A DNA stretch of 63,712 nucleotides, the filler included, from Basidiobolus ranarum (Eukaryota): assembly GCA_040143965.1 (NCBI GenBank). It is 12 parts of 12 records of this genome, joined end to end, with 100 filler letters (N's around TTAATTAATTAA, not from the genome) between each part and the next. Parts side by side here need not be neighbours in the genome. Positions count along the whole stretch, not along the records: positions 37,265 to 42,477 come from JASJQH010008541.1; positions 42,578 to 47,789 come from JASJQH010008542.1; positions 47,890 to 53,100 come from JASJQH010008543.1; positions 53,201 to 58,408 come from JASJQH010008544.1; 8 more parts are not named here. One strand, written 5' to 3'. A program made the position numbers and the translations under genes. Positions 39,330-53,646 of this stretch are shown here, piece after piece. The notes under the pieces are model-generated. The model worked only from the letters and a program-made list of their open reading frames with translations, was not told the DNA's origin and did not search any database. The stretch's first letter is position 1. Each line of letters begins with the position of its first letter.

Positions 39330-42300
39330 TTACAGCTGCCCTTGTAGAATCATATCAATACAGCTATTGATATAATCCTTCCTAATGGTCATATCTATTC
39401 CAAAGTAATGACTTAGCTCGTCACGTACTTGCTTTTTGGTAATCGACATCAGGTCGGCTGCCGATAGAATACCTCGAATTTCTTCCAAAATCTCTTGATC
39501 GTTGGGAAGCGTTGGAATGCTTGGAGTGCCTGGAGTGCTAGGAGTTGGTGTTGCATTTCCCGTTCGACTGTTTCTGCCCATACTTCCACCAAGTGTGTTG
39601 TGATCATCATTCATTGGTGAAGGAGTGGGTGCTCTACTGTAGTAACCGTTAAACATGTTCATATCCAAAGAAGAGACGCTAAGATTCCGTGTCTGAATTC
39701 TCAAATCTGGACTGGAGGCTGCTGGTAGGTAGCCATGTGCACTAGAAGCACGATCAAAGGAACCTCTGGGGCTCGCTGGCATTCTTGGTGTGCCAGTATA
39801 AATCGACGAATAGCCAACGGATATTGGAGATAGTGATCTCTCTCGTGAAATACTACCTCTGGAATGATACCCTTCAAGGGGTGTTCCAAGCATAGGAAGC
39901 ATCGGCATACTCTGAATAGGAGTTACCATTTCTCCATGAGATATTCTAGATAATTGACTTCTGCTACGGTTATCGTGTGTAGGAGTGGAACCTGTGGAAC
40001 CTCGAGACTCAGATGTTTGAGTCCCTTCTTCCCATTTCTCCAACTCGTAATCACTCCACTTCTTTAATGGAACACTGGAAGGATCGAATTTCTCCTCAGA
40101 GGGTAGATGCGCCAATTTTCCTTTCTCCCCAACCACTACACGCGTGTTACCCCATGAAAAATCGTCAAAGTGCCAGAATGAATAGATGGGAAGAAAGAAA
40201 CTGAAGATAGGAAGGGAAAATAAGTAAACTATCATCCAACCGATATGCTGCCATTGCCGCTTAATAAGGAAGATGAACACTTGGAACCCATAGATGACAG
40301 CTAGGAGAATAAGAGAGGTAACAGGGATATTGGAGGTGTCAGTGGAGACTGTGTAAATAAGATAAATCAAATAGATGCATTGGATTGGCATGATTAAAGT
40401 AGATACAAGGTCCAGCAAGACAACAAAGCGCATCGAGAAGCAGCAGAAACCACAAAGTCTAGGGAGATAGACTAGTTCGAATAGGTTATGGACGGTAGAG
40501 TTAATCCAACGACGACGTTGAGAAAGTAGAACAGACCATTCGTCAGGTGCATTGGTTTTGCATTTGGCATCAGGTGTAAAACTCATCTTATTGTAGTTGA
40601 AGTGCTTCAGCATTAACGTTGTCAAATAACGATCTTCACCCAACGAGAGAAGGTTCTTCTTATGAAGTGTATCCACCTTATTCTCAGAGTAATCGTCGAC
40701 AATTTCATTTGCAACTAGTAGCGGCTGAGCTTTGATTGGGGTTCGGAAACGGTACATAGAGAAGCAACCGGGCAAGCAAGTAACCGAGCCGAAAAGCGAC
40801 TCGAAGGCTTTGTTGAGATGATGGGAGATGAAATATTCGTATACTTGAATCATAGTCACTATGGTGTCTTTCTCATTCAGTAGCTCTGTTTCCCCGCAAA
40901 TACCCATGATCTTAGTATCGTTCAGCATGCATGAAATCATTCTGTTGAGAGAGTCTGGCATAACAATAGTATCGGCATCCACCATCAGTACGTATTCATA
41001 GAAATAAGGATCAACACCAATGACGTTTTTGATTTGATGATACATCTTCAACTCCAGAGGGGTCATTTCCTTATTGAAATGTACTTTGTTGAAGAAGCGC
41101 ATAAGAATGAGTTGAGAGTCACGCTTGCCACGGTTTCCAGGTCTAGAGCGCTCACTAGGCTTTCCTACCTTAACCACCACCAGGTATGGAACCACATGTC
41201 CGGAGCATTCGTATAGACCTGTGTAAACTTTGGCCATGTTAAGTTGTTGATTTCCTTCACCAAGAGCTTGATATGGGAGTGGTTTAGGGTCGATATTCGG
41301 ATCCACTCCGAGAATATCAAGGACAATTCTTGGTGTGGGCTTATCGTTACCACCGCCAACAATCATGCCATCGGCAATAATAAAGAGTAGTTTACGTTTG
41401 TCATCATATTTCAAAACGGCAAGGGAGTCTATCGTTCTCTTGAGGGATTCTTCACCCTCAGTGTAACACGGAACTTGACATATGACAAATTTGTCATGAT
41501 CTTCTGGTTCACGACGTGTGCCAAGTTGAAGCGCCGCCAAAAATTTGAAAAACAGGACGGAGGCCAAGAAGATTGTACAAGCGAGCAGGATATAATTCGA
41601 AAATTTACATTGGGGGGAGTTACGGGTATCTACTACGCCAACATAGAAAAGGTTTTGAAGACAAACCCTCATCTTTTGCTTGAGATCGGGTGTTGTACTA
41701 TACAGCTCGTTAAAAAGAGATGTAATATCCTCGCCTTTATTGTTGGTGAACAGTTGGACTAGCTTCGGATCCATAAACCGAGTGTTTATTTGGCGCTCTG
41801 GCACTCCTGGAGGGAAAGCAGCGAAAGACTGACCACGGCTATAAGAGTCTATATCATAAACATAGTCATCAAGGATTCCCCACGCTTTCCCTTGATTTGC
41901 GATGTCACGTACTGCCTGAGCGGAATAGGCCATTTGGCCTTTTAAATTTTTGGAGCGTAAAGATCTTAATACGTTGTCTTGATAGAAATTTCTCATATTA
42001 TCGCCCATCTTAGAATAACGATAGTCGTGAGGTGCAGCATCATTGTCGGTGTAATTTTCAAGAACTACGGCTGGATCAATTCCTCCAGGTTCGTAACCAT
42101 CACAAACCAGACTAACCTGGACAGGAAACCACAACTGGCTAACATCGCGACCAGCGTATTTTTTCACAAGCAGACTTGAGGCAACTCCGTGATGATTGTA
42201 GTCTTTGATGGAAAATACTTCGCCGCGGATGGCCACGAATGGATTACTCTCTGCGGAGTGACTTGAGAGCTCGGTTGTGGAGTAGACGTACTGTTTTGGA

Positions 42301-42477
42301 CAAATAAGACGTCCGAAGAGAATAAGGAAAAAGAGGACAAAGATACAGAGGAAAAAGATGATGATGCATAAAGCTGTTTTTTCTCGCCAAGCAATTTGTA
42401 TATCTGGACGTGTCATCTTTGCCCACAACGCTAAGAAACATGAGGGAATCCAAAAGGTCAACGCCCACGGACCCCAT
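39330..42477 (-). CDS. Chitin synthase, class V/VII type (b5-like domain, Chitin_synth_2, DEK-C), 5'-truncated
   Basis: AWREK, CYTEG, GNRGKRDSQ, VDADT, CLPGCF, LGEDRYLTT, QRRRW, DDFSWGNTR; DEK-C ADLMSITKKQVRDEL. Confidence 0.97.
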
Positions 42478-42577
42478 NNNNNNNNNNNNNNNNNNNNNNN
42501 NNNNNNNNNNNNNNNNNNNNNTTAATTAATTAANNNNNNNNNNNNNNNNNNNNNNNNNNNNNNNNNNNNNNNNNNNN

Positions 42578-42700
42578 GGCATTATCCAAAAGCATACCCA
42601 TACCATAAGCACCGACCATCTGACTGGCCCAGTAGAAAGCACTGTTGAAGGAACGAGTACGGACATTGAACAATATTTCATTGATACCGTACTAAAGTGT
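42578..42700 (-). pseudogene. UNC93-like MFS internal fragment
   Basis: Homologous to ~44050-44155 (LFNVRTRSFNSAFYWASQMVGAYGMG); no 5' part of the gene upstream. Confidence 0.8.
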
Positions 42701-43575
42701 AATTTTGTGGAATGAGGATAGATTTGTATTACCGTTTCACACTTTAAGGTTGATGCATTCGTTTTGACGAAATTATATTGAGCAAGTTTTTGCACACTTT
42801 TGTCTATTGTTCAATACGAAAATCTGAGTGGTAGAAGTAAATATCGAAAATTACTCGTTACAACTGAGTTTCCCAATCAGTTTGTAAAAGTCACAAAGAA
42901 ATTACAGGTTCGCTTTGCCTCGTAGCCTCCTTAATCAGTGGAAAACGTATCAGGTAGCCAACCGACGTCACGTATTATTTTTAAATATTTCTAAAACCAT
43001 TGCACGACCACTGATTTTTGAAATTAAGTTAGTATGTTGAAATTATCACCGTCACAGCTGAATTTCCAAATCCGATATATAACTGTGATGTATTATCTGA
43101 GCTAATTTTCAGCAAATCGCCTAACTTTCATCACAGTCTATGGCAAAAGGAAATGAATACGATTGGATAAATCATCTCAAAACCAATAAATTGGGGATGC
43201 TCGATCACCACCTAGTGATAGTGTTGTGGGCACAATTAACTAGGATTAAGGATGCTTTTATACCTTTAAACTCTAATGATCACAGTATTACCTTTGCAAT
43301 AGATAGATGCGGTGTTCTGGGTAGGAATCAAAAAAATACCCAATTTATGTTTAGTGATGCTACCACGATATCCTCGATTAATTTTCTCTTAAAACTACCA
43401 TACCGGTACTGATGCTTTTCACTACCTACCTCTAATACTCTTAGAATGATATTCATTTATTACAAATCAAATCATCGAAGATAACAAAATCATAGATTAT
43501 GCTATTTTAGTACTAAGCTGCAATTGGTTATACGAGCTCTTTTCTCTAGTGATTAATTGTATAGTGTAGTGGACA

Positions 43576-44882
43576 TCAAGCATTATCTTGATCGACCACA
43601 CCCTTTTCGTTTTCAACTTCAGGAGTATCCTTGCTATCTCTAGCGACAACATTAGAGAAAGAAAGAGAAGCAGTCAATAACACCCAGTTAACAATGCGTT
43701 GGGTCCTGAATGGGTTGCGCTTGGCATCAATATCCCAGGCAATGGCTGCACCAGCAGATTAAACTCCATTGTAGAATCCAGTATAATGGGCAAGAACATG
43801 GGAGTCGTTGGATAAGGCACCCATCAACCAGTAAGCATATGTTTGCAAAACAGCTTCGCAGAGACCGTAACAGACGAACAAGACAAAGAGAGACCCGTAA
43901 CCAGGGCCATTGAGGAAGTCAATATCCTTGGGATGACTCTCGCGAGTGCAATTGAGTTGAGAAACAAGGCCACTACCCCAGGCGACGGTGTTAAGAAAAG
44001 CTACTACTGCTAATCCATAGATAGAACGAGTGTGACGGTTGATCCTGGTATTATCCAAAAGAATACCCATACCATAAGCACCAACCACCTGACCGACCCA
44101 GTAGAAAGCACTGTTGAAAGAACAAGTACGAACGTTGAACAATACTTCATTCACACCGCCAAATTGGTAAGAGTAAAACCAGTTGGAGGAGACAAACAAT
44201 GGGAGGAGTAGCAACATGTTCTTGTTTGTGAAGAACTTGAGAATACCAAGGATTTCACTACCGACATTCTTGAACTTGGCTACCTCAACACGAGATCCAT
44301 CATTACGAACAACCTTCTCAGGAGGAACAATACCGAAACCAAGAAGGGCACCGATGATCATAAGAACCATGAGGACATAGTATGTGGCTGTACTAATAGC
44401 ACCTTTGTCAGAGTAGAAGTTGAGACCGAAAGGAATGAATCAGCCAAGGACGGAACCCATGTTGAAAATGATCCAGAAAATACTAACGGCACGACCTTTC
44501 TGATCTTCAGCTGGATAGGACATCATTACAATACCCTGGGCAGTCCCGAAGATACCAGCTCCGACATCAAGAATGGCACTAGCAATGATAACGAAGGTGG
44601 GGTTCTTGGTACTGCCATAGTATACTAGAGAGCCAGAGTAAAGAGCGTATGTCAAACCTCCACAGACCACAGTCAAACGAGCACCGAGGATATTGTAGAT
44701 AGCACCACCGAATACACTGAAGACAGCGAAACAAGCGTAAATAGCAACATTGCCATTCTTAGAGGTGCTGTCATCCATCTGACCACCAACACCAAGAGCA
44801 TTAATACCGTTGTACATACCTGGCAGTAGAAATAAGTAAAACCCACCAGGATAGTCTGGATCATTGGGGAATTAAATCGCAT
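43576..44882 (-). pseudogene. UNC93-like MFS transporter, full-length pseudogene
   Basis: Frameshift near 44822, TGA at 44440-44442, TAA at 43759-43761 (Gln in the paralogues). Confidence 0.9.
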
Positions 44883-46509
44883 TGCAGTAATAGAGCTTGA
44901 TTTGAGAGAAGGTTACTTTTGAAGATATTTATAGAGCACTTTACACTTCTAATCAGTGTATGGTGGTAGATATTTATGGTATTAGGGTTAAATATGGGCG
45001 ATGTCTAGTCGTCTCTTTAAAATTGGGATAATAAATATATTCCTATTATGTACTAATTGGAAGTATCGAGTGCGATTTTGTGGAATGCAGATGGATTTGT
45101 ATTATTGTATCACAAATATCTAGGATGGTATAGATGTAATGACAAAAGTATATGGAGCACAATATTGTACCTTTTAGCCAGCTATGAAGCATAAGTGGCT
45201 AGGTTTAAGTAGCGAATGTTTGAAATAGCCATAACGAGGCTTCCTCATCAGTTTGTCGAAATATATTTGGGGTGCACATTTGTGGGAAATATATCTAGGA
45301 ACCAGCAGATTTTAAATCAAAATCCTACCTAGAGCATTTTCGAGGTGTTGTACATATTTTAACTTTCATCATGATTTTCATTGTTCTCATTGAACCCAGT
45401 TTAGGATATTACTCGAATTTTAGTTACAGCTGAGTTTCCGAATTCGATAGATATCCTAACACATGCTATTTATGTGCGATTCTAGTCACTGATAGTAGCA
45501 CTGTGCGTGTCCTTCAGCAATGTTAGAATAGTTTCGATGATTTGTACGTAGTTTTAATGCTTGGTACCCTTATTAAAATACTATGAGTATGAATTCTTGC
45601 TTTAAATATCGTGCGAACCTAAATAAATGTTCACATTATCGACTCCAGATCCTATGATGGTATCGAGATTAACGAGGGAGGGTACAAGAACTATTGCATG
45701 AAGCACTATTCAAGCACAAGTATATACTTCAAAAGGGTAGCACATATACCTTTAGATAGCACAAGGTAACGAAAGCTCCGTATCGATAACCGTTGAGAAG
45801 ATTATTTTGTAGAAATAGTTTTTGCGTACGCAGTTCAGTTGTGATGCAAGATTACCACCCGGAGTGCTAATAATAAGCTGATTAGTGGATAGAATGAACA
45901 TGGCAGTTGAGCTTGATGCTTCTCATTCAAACACTGTTAAAGGAGAAAGTATGAGTATTAAATACTTTTAGATTCAGGTTTTCATATGGGCATGAGTAAG
46001 ACAAGAGAGAAGAGACAAAGCACCATACTCTGGTTGATATAAGGTCGAAAAATCCCGTCAGCATGGTTGATAGTGATTATCTTTACAAGTATGCACCAGA
46101 ATATCTTCATGTCAAAGGAATCTAAAATATAAGCTCTAAATCATTGGACTTAGTTTGCTACAGCGCTGGTTCTGGTTTTGAGTATTGGTCTTAGGTGACT
46201 AAACAAGATACTAAGATCAATGTGGAGCTTGCTGTAAGTGGGAGTCAATAACGTGCTCGATTGATGTAGCCTGTAGTGGTACCAGAGTAATACCGCTATA
46301 CCTGCTACTGATGTATAAATACAACGATTCCAGGGTAAGTAGAGGTACAACCGCGAGTTTTACATCGCAAAATGTGATTTGAAAGATCCAGAATAGAGAT
46401 TATTTCTTATAATTTAGGATTATAAGCATCGCCCTTTGACAATTTAGGTTATATTGAAAATTAGAGAACATTTTGTCACAATAACTCTACTCGTTAGTAT
46501 CTCATCTCA

Positions 46510-46762
46510 TTTTCAGTATGTCCGAAGCATTGTATTGTTCAACCTTCTGGTGTTGAACATCAGAAGCAACAACATAGGAGAAAGGAGGAGATGCAGTCAA
46601 AAATACCCAGCTAACAATGAATCGAGTCATGAATGGGTTGCGTTTGGCATCAACATCCCAGGAAATGACTGCACCAGCAGATTGAACACCCTTGTAGAAT
46701 CAAGAGGGGGCCGTAACCAGGACCATCGATGAAGTCAATATTCTTGGGATGACTTTCTCATT
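46510..46762 (-). pseudogene. UNC93-like MFS 3' fragment with internal deletion
   Basis: ESHPKNIDFIDGPGYG joined to FYKGVQSAGAVISWDVDAKRNPF. Confidence 0.8.
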
Positions 46763-47551
46763 TTTCACAAAGAGTTTGTATTACGTTATCGCAATTACTA
46801 TCACAGTACTAGTGACTCACCATGGAAACGTAGATATCAAAGCAAATGATAAGGTGTGTTTTTGTCAATGCTTGTTTTCCATATTGATTAGTAAATAGTC
46901 CCATACACAGCGGACATCCACTTCAATCTGTAGGAAATGTAATCAATATTAAAGCGATGTTAACTACTATTCCTACACAGAGTATTCTGACGAGCAATAG
47001 TAAGACATCATTATTCTTATTGGAAACTCAATGGAAAAATATTAGATCTTTTCAGATTACCATGACTACAGTAGTTGCAGCTGGGTTTCCCAATCTGAAG
47101 AGCATTAATAGCGTTATTAGCAGAGTACACTCTGTATATTGGTTGCGGGTTTTTCAGAAACGTGTTTACGACGATATTGTCACAATATATTACATATCAA
47201 GAACAACGTTCAATACTTAACAATATCTTCATTACTCAAGTAAAGATGTAAGATGTCAAGCCCTGGTGATTAACCTGAAAGCACTTACTACAGAGAGAAT
47301 GCATTTGTGAAAAAGGTGAACAACCTCGCTACTATTGCTGAATGCAACTGTACCCACAATAAACACAAATAGATATTCATCTGAAAACTATGCTTTACAT
47401 TATACATATACATTGACTTAGAAGGGTTTATTATGAATTAGGATGTTATGAAATGCCAATATACTGATCAAACATAATAACATATTAGGAATCAAGTAAC
47501 AATTTGATTCAAGTGTTCTGATTAGAAATATTCATGTTTTTGTAATAGGAA

Positions 47552-47789
47552 TCAATCTTTGTCTTGTTCGATAGCACCCTTCTCATGTTCAACTTCAGAT
47601 GTATCCTTGATGCCTCTGGCAACAATGAAAGAGAATGGAAGAGAAGCAGTCAATAATACCCAGTTCACAATGAATTGAGTCATGAATGGGTTGCGCTTGG
47701 CATCAATATCCCAGGCAATGGCTGCACCAGCTGATTGAACTCCCTTGTAGAATCCAGCATAACGGGCAAGAACATGCGAGTCGTTGGAT
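47552..47789 (-). CDS. UNC93-like MFS transporter, open 3' end (rest beyond contig)
   Basis: SNDSHVLARYAGFYKGVQSAGAAIAWDIDAKRNPFMTQ...QDKD*. Confidence 0.8.
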
Positions 47790-50700
47790 NNNNNNNNNNN
47801 NNNNNNNNNNNNNNNNNNNNNNNNNNNNNNNNNTTAATTAATTAANNNNNNNNNNNNNNNNNNNNNNNNNNNNNNNNNNNNNNNNNNNNGAATCCACCAA
47901 TAAGACAAAGCGGGCCCAAATACAGAAGCTATTCAAGATTAGATACAAGTATCTCACCCTTTTCATCCTCCATCAACGTTTCCTCTTTTACAAAGTGATC
48001 AAAAGGGTTTCAAGGGGCCAGCTGAAGAGTATTAAGTGGGCCCAAGATGGATGGTTGGATCTGTTACGGAGTTCTATTTCATGCTTACTTTCTTCAGCCA
48101 GAAAGATGACTAACGGTATGTCACATACTTAAAAGGGGTGTGAGTTCTCTTCGCATTCATATCTTTTCTCACATCTGTACGCACAAAAGGTAGCACTTAC
48201 AAGGTATGTAGTGGGTATTATTAATTTCAGAGGAAATCCAGAACTTGTTTGAATGTCAGCATGAAGCTTGGTCCAATGGCTCTTGACTCTTATTCGATCC
48301 TCACGGGACCAAGCGTTCATCGGATGAACTGTTACAAACTACCTCTGAAAGCCCTACCCTTCCTTCTCACCGTATCTCCTCGATTGGCCATTTTTAGACA
48401 GTATGCCGGTATTTAATCAAGGCCACTACAACCTGTCAAGGCCTCTACAGGATTGGATTTTGACACTGAAATTCCACTATTCATGTTTATATTTCGTATA
48501 TGCACCATATGGAGCACGAACCTGTCACAAAGATTTGGAATATTTGGTGAGTTAGCTAGTTGTCAGTAACATGAGAATTCGCAGATATTTAACGAGTGAG
48601 TCTAGTTGGCTATTTGAAATCAGCGTAATTGTTCTAGAAAATGGAATTGATGGGTTTATAAGCCAGTGTTATATAGAGCAGGTTCAATTTGAAAATTCCA
48701 AGTTCATCAGACTATGATGGTTATTTAGATTCTAACTGCTTGTGGAAGTATTAGATTCCGTGGGTATCTTATACAAGACTATCTCAATATATATTCCATA
48801 CTTTCTATCATTGGTATCCATAGTCCAATAAACTAGAGGGATGTTATATATCTGGCATATATACTGTTTGATACTTATAACTATTGCAGTTGTCGAATTA
48901 CTACTACAATATCAGACAATATCACGTTTGATGCCTGCAGAGGTGGTGTCATCAGATCAGGTATCCGTTGATGTTGGCCAATACCGTGCATCATGGGTGG
49001 GTATATACATTATCTTATTAAGATATTAGAGACCGAATATGCACAAAATATCGTGATTTATAATCATGCCGAACCTCAAGTCTCACTAGTGGATATTGAC
49101 CAAGTCTTTTAATTGAAACTTTCCGTATTTTTATGTTGCAGCCATATGTATATCACAATGAGCTAGAGTGACAACTCTTTCTGTGATAACTTTATGCACT
49201 TTGAAGTCACATAGGTGCGATGTACATGGCGTTTATGCAGGTCATTACTACTTGCATGAAGATGTGCTTTTACCATATACCTGGGTTGAGATTGTGAAAC
49301 AATAATTAGATATATTTATTTCAAACAAGTGAGGAAATTTAAGGAAGGTATGGAGATTGGAATTTTTTGTATATCTGTTGATAGTTCAATATTTATGTTA
49401 GCGTTAAAGAAACGAGTTGATCAAAAAATATACCAGCTGTGAATGTTCACTTGGTGAAAGTTGACCTGAATGTATTTCAGTGAAGCTTTGTCCCACTTGA
49501 GGATGTATAATAATACCCATCCACCATTATTAACTTTGTCTGTTCTCCCATTGGTAACGTAACTGCACAATCATAGGCTGAGTGATGGCAACATTAGTGA
49601 CCTCTGCAACTTATGTGCTGACCTCATAAAGCGCTATGTCAAGCTCCTATTGATTACTACTATCTTATGAGAATGAACCTATAACTGTTTACATAAAAGT
49701 CACGTGAATGGCGGATATATAGAGTATGAAGATTCAATGCCTCCAAGAACTTACTTACAATAGCTAGTGTACCATAGCAAGCATCGTTTTCCCAGAAGTT
49801 GACTTCAAAATGAGCAATTATACGCCAACTTCAGTGATATTAGATTGAATTTTCAAAATTCCCCCAAACCGAAAGATTGGAACTTCATACTATAACCGAC
49901 ATGATAATGAATAGGACCTTTTGTTTCATGTATGCCCACCTGATCAGAATTTTTATACCTTATCTATACTGAGACAACATATCATTCCAATGCTAAATGG
50001 AAGGATTAAACACGCGTCAATACTAATGGTTACAGTTGCCATTTCTACCGAGAAAGGAAGTGAAAGTAGTAGTGTGATAAGATGGCGTGTTGTATGGATG
50101 GATGAGTGATTTTATGCAATAGCTACCTATGTAAATGATTTGAGATAGGTCAAATTCAGCTTATTAGGCAGAGTTCAAGAAGGATTCTTGGAAGGAAGAC
50201 TATCTGGGGATGGTTCCAAATTATTGGTGTAACGTGAGTGACACTAGCTATCTCTAGATATGGCCTCGTAACGCTTCAGGGACTCAGTCGAATGATACCT
50301 TCCAATTCACGACCAACACATAAGCAAAGATAACGAGTATTGAGTGCCTATAATCATCGTGAGAATTTGTCACTAAACAATGACAGGTACGGTGTGCGAT
50401 AAACTGATGGAAATTCTCGAAAATCTCCGGCTCACATGTGTTGGTAAATATAGACTATGAGTTCATCATGCTGACCAATCCATTTGTCATCAATTCCTAT
50501 CATAAGTATCATATTGTTGTGTATGAATTGTCAACTATCGCCTCCCTACCTAGCAAAAGTGATCAGACTCAGCACGTGCTGATCTGTTTCAGGGGAAGTG
50601 GTTTTACCTCACTCTTCTAAAGGGTGCTTTACTGTATGGCTGATTTGTTGATGGAAATTCGATCAATATGTCTGCGATCAATTTAATATCGAAGTTCCCA

Positions 50701-52034
50701 TTGATAGTTCCATAGTGGCCATGTTTGAATTTGCTAGGGTGTGGCTCTTAATAGTCATGAGTATGGAAGTGGCTTCCTCAGGACTATATATATATATATA
50801 TAACTTCCAATCAATGTGATGACATCTCATGAATGAGCAATGGGTCATATAGTTGATGGCGCCATCCATCTAACCAATGATCCTACTTCACCAACATGGT
50901 TAGTCTTCAAAGGATCGCTGCGTAAGCTAAAGCACGAGTAGCCGCTGATTTGGTGGTTGCTACATTTTCTCCGATGTTTAGACGAAGTTAAATCGTCATT
51001 CACCAATTCGATAGAATGAGAGATTCAGTTTGCAACATTACGATGTATCGATTCCATTTTAGCCTTGAATATTCCAAATGAAAGCTCCCTATCTACTGCT
51101 AAAAGACACCCACACATTTCATCTGGTTTCTTAATACCTCAAGTACAAGTCATACATCAAACAGCCGCACTATATACTTCAACATAAGATCTGACCCTCA
51201 AAGTCAGCATGCATTGAGAGGCTAACGTGAAAATCAATTCTCGTGGTAATAAACATGGAAAATGTTCACTCGGATGGTGGGATTCCGTAAGCTGAATTAA
51301 ATCGCCAATTAAAGCTACTAAAAAGATGCATCTTTCTTAAATCTAAGATTAATTAGTAATTCAGATCTTTATGCGGTCATATGCGATGGTTAGGATGAAC
51401 GTTGATTTCCATTCAAGGTTATTATGGTGAATATCTTCTATGTAAAGAGATACGAGATATTGGGACCTCGGTACAGAGTTTAGTAAGTCCTAAAGCTAGG
51501 TGTGCTATGGTGTCGATTCTTTTTTTGGCCTAAAATGATTTATACAAACTATGGGGAACTCCCTTACTCGATCTGATTTTAAACCTTGTTGAATGAATGA
51601 CGCTATCATGATACTATCGGGGAATGTGGTGCGCCACTTTCGATGAGCCGTTGAGGAGGATGAGGTGTTCGTCAAAATAGGTTGAGTAAGGATGGAGTAG
51701 TTTTTTTGGAAGTCAACCGTTAGATTGGTTGAGTGAGGATCAGTTGGCGTTTTGTTGGGTTTCTTTAAATCACCCGAGGGTATTGGGCGTCGACCATTGT
51801 CCGGTCTTAGCCAAAGAACATAAACAATTGGAAAGGACTGCACTAATTTCAATGGATCAATTCGATGCTAGCGGTGAGTGATTTTACGTTATGTGGGTCG
51901 TTATCTATCCAACTAGGATTCAAAAATCGATCTCACTCAACGAGCGTAAAGCTATTACTACTTGAATGCTACTTCTGGTTATACAATGTGGTGAAAATTG
52001 GTTATTATTTATATATTTATAAACCAGTTCTATT

Positions 52035-53021
52035 TTAATCCTGATATGAATTTTGGGCTTCTCTATGCGCTGACTGACATTGTTCATCAACTCGATGGTG
52101 ACGTTTTAGGGCATCCGTACGTGCAAACGATTTACTACAGTAATTACAGCGGTAAGGCTTATCCCCTGTATGGACTCGTATATGCCGGTGAAGATCATGC
52201 TTACGTGTAAAACTCCGAAAGCAAAAGTGACATACATGGGATTTTACCTTGAGTACGTGTTTAGGTTTAGAACTTGGTATATGGTAGCACTGCCAAGAAG
52301 CTGAGGCACGTCCTTCACCATTTCGGATACCTAACAAAGGATCCATCTCTCTGGGTAGATTGCAATTGGATGCAAATAGGTTTCCTGGTGAGAAATAGGC
52401 TGGATTTTGCAACATATTTGGGAAGAATGGGCCATCTCGAGGTCCACTCTGTAATGGCAAGGGCTCAGGATTCCTTCCAAAAGTCCTCTCACCCCCCAAG
52501 AAGCCTGCTGAACTGCACCATGCAGGCTTAGGCATTATATTTGTCCTCGAATCACCCTTTAAGTGGGGCATACTTAGTGAGCGAGTACGTGTTGGAGGAG
52601 GAAAGCCTCCGGTTGAGTTGATGATTGAAAGACTGGCTGCTCGTTGATAATATGTGTGCGCATGCGGAGATCCTGTATTGCTTAAAGACGGTTCTTGTGT
52701 GACTCTACAAGGGATATCCTCAATATACAAGTCGTCTATAGAGTCCATATACAGTTGTGAAGAATCGAGAGAAGAAATCAAAGGTTGAACTTTAGGAGAC
52801 ATCGGGGCATTTACTGTTAGTGACTCCTCCAACGGGGAAGAAGCAATAAAAGTGGCCGAATTGGCAGGTGATATGTCGAGGTTTGAATCAAAATATGAAT
52901 TTGTAACTTTCACAGAAGATATAGACGAGAGCATTTGAGAGTTGAATGATTCTGGATTGTTGTTAGAAGGAAGGATCTCGCGGGAGCAGTGGTCATTAAG
53001 GATCAGCTCGTTGCAGGTGTA
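52035..53021 (-). CDS. C2H2 zinc-finger transcription factor (2 C-terminal fingers); 5' exon probably beyond contig
   Basis: CHFCFRSFTRKHDLHRHIRVH-TGDKPY-RCNYCSKSFARTDALKRHHR; frame stays open to a candidate acceptor CTAG at 53022-53025. Confidence 0.9.
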   Translation of the reverse strand, partial: YTCNELILNDHCSREILPSNNNPESFNSQMLSSISSVKVTNSYFDSNLDISPANSATFIASSPLEESLTVNAPMSPKVQPLISSLDSSQLYMDSIDDLYIEDIPCRVTQEPSLSNTGSPHAHTYYQRAASLSIINSTGGFPPPTRTRSLSMPHLKGDSRTNIMPKPAWCSSAGFLGGERTFGRNPEPLPLQSGPRDGPFFPNMLQNPAYFSPGNLFASNCNLPREMDPLLGIRNGEGRASASWQCYHIPSSKPKHVLKVKSHVCHFCFRSFTRKHDLHRHIRVHTGDKPYRCNYCSKSFARTDALKRHHRVDEQCQSAHREAQNSYQD

Positions 53022-53200
53022 CTAGTTGGAGGCGTCGCAAGACGTTTTCATTCTTAGCACCAATACGTAACGTTCAGATCTGACGACTGTCACCGACGAA
53101 NNNNNNNNNNNNNNNNNNNNNNNNNNNNNNNNNNNNNNNNNNNNTTAATTAATTAANNNNNNNNNNNNNNNNNNNNNNNNNNNNNNNNNNNNNNNNNNNN

Positions 53201-53646
53201 ATGAAGAGAGCTTGGTTCATCTCGCTTAAAATGCCGGTGAGCATAAATCATCCATGATGTATCCTTACTCTGCTTCTTCCTTCGCCGGTCAGAAACCAGG
53301 TAGAAACCATAAATCTGTTGAAAATATCATTAACGTGTCTCGTCATGGGAAGTTCAAACTATTAAACGCTTTACACTTAATTGACGGGAGAATAGTGCGA
53401 GCTTATTGGTGTCGTAGTATTGAGGAAGCACTTTAAAGCTAAAACCGACGAGATCTTTGATGATAAATTTAGTGCCTGACTGTTCCCAAGTGATCACATC
53501 AGAGTATCTTTGCTCGGAAAGTATTCTAGAGAATAAAGCAAGTGTGAATTATGAGAGATGTGAATATAGAAAAGCAAAGAACTTTACTTATAAAGATTCA
53601 GTACAAAGGGAGTGGCACCAAGTTTATCAGTATATCCTTCTAACAT
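53201..53646 (-). pseudogene. Divergent HSF-type DNA-binding domain gene, copy 2 (apparent frameshift after ATG; 3'-truncated by contig)
   Basis: PFVLNLYK/ILSEQRYSDVITWEQSGTKFIIKD..KVLPQYY..FSRQLS/IYGFY..YAHRHFKRD with 2 introns. Confidence 0.75.

Noticed and set aside
47890-52000. Short ORFs in contig 10 and other intergenic regions
   Set aside because: No domain motifs, mostly non-ATG starts; expected by chance.
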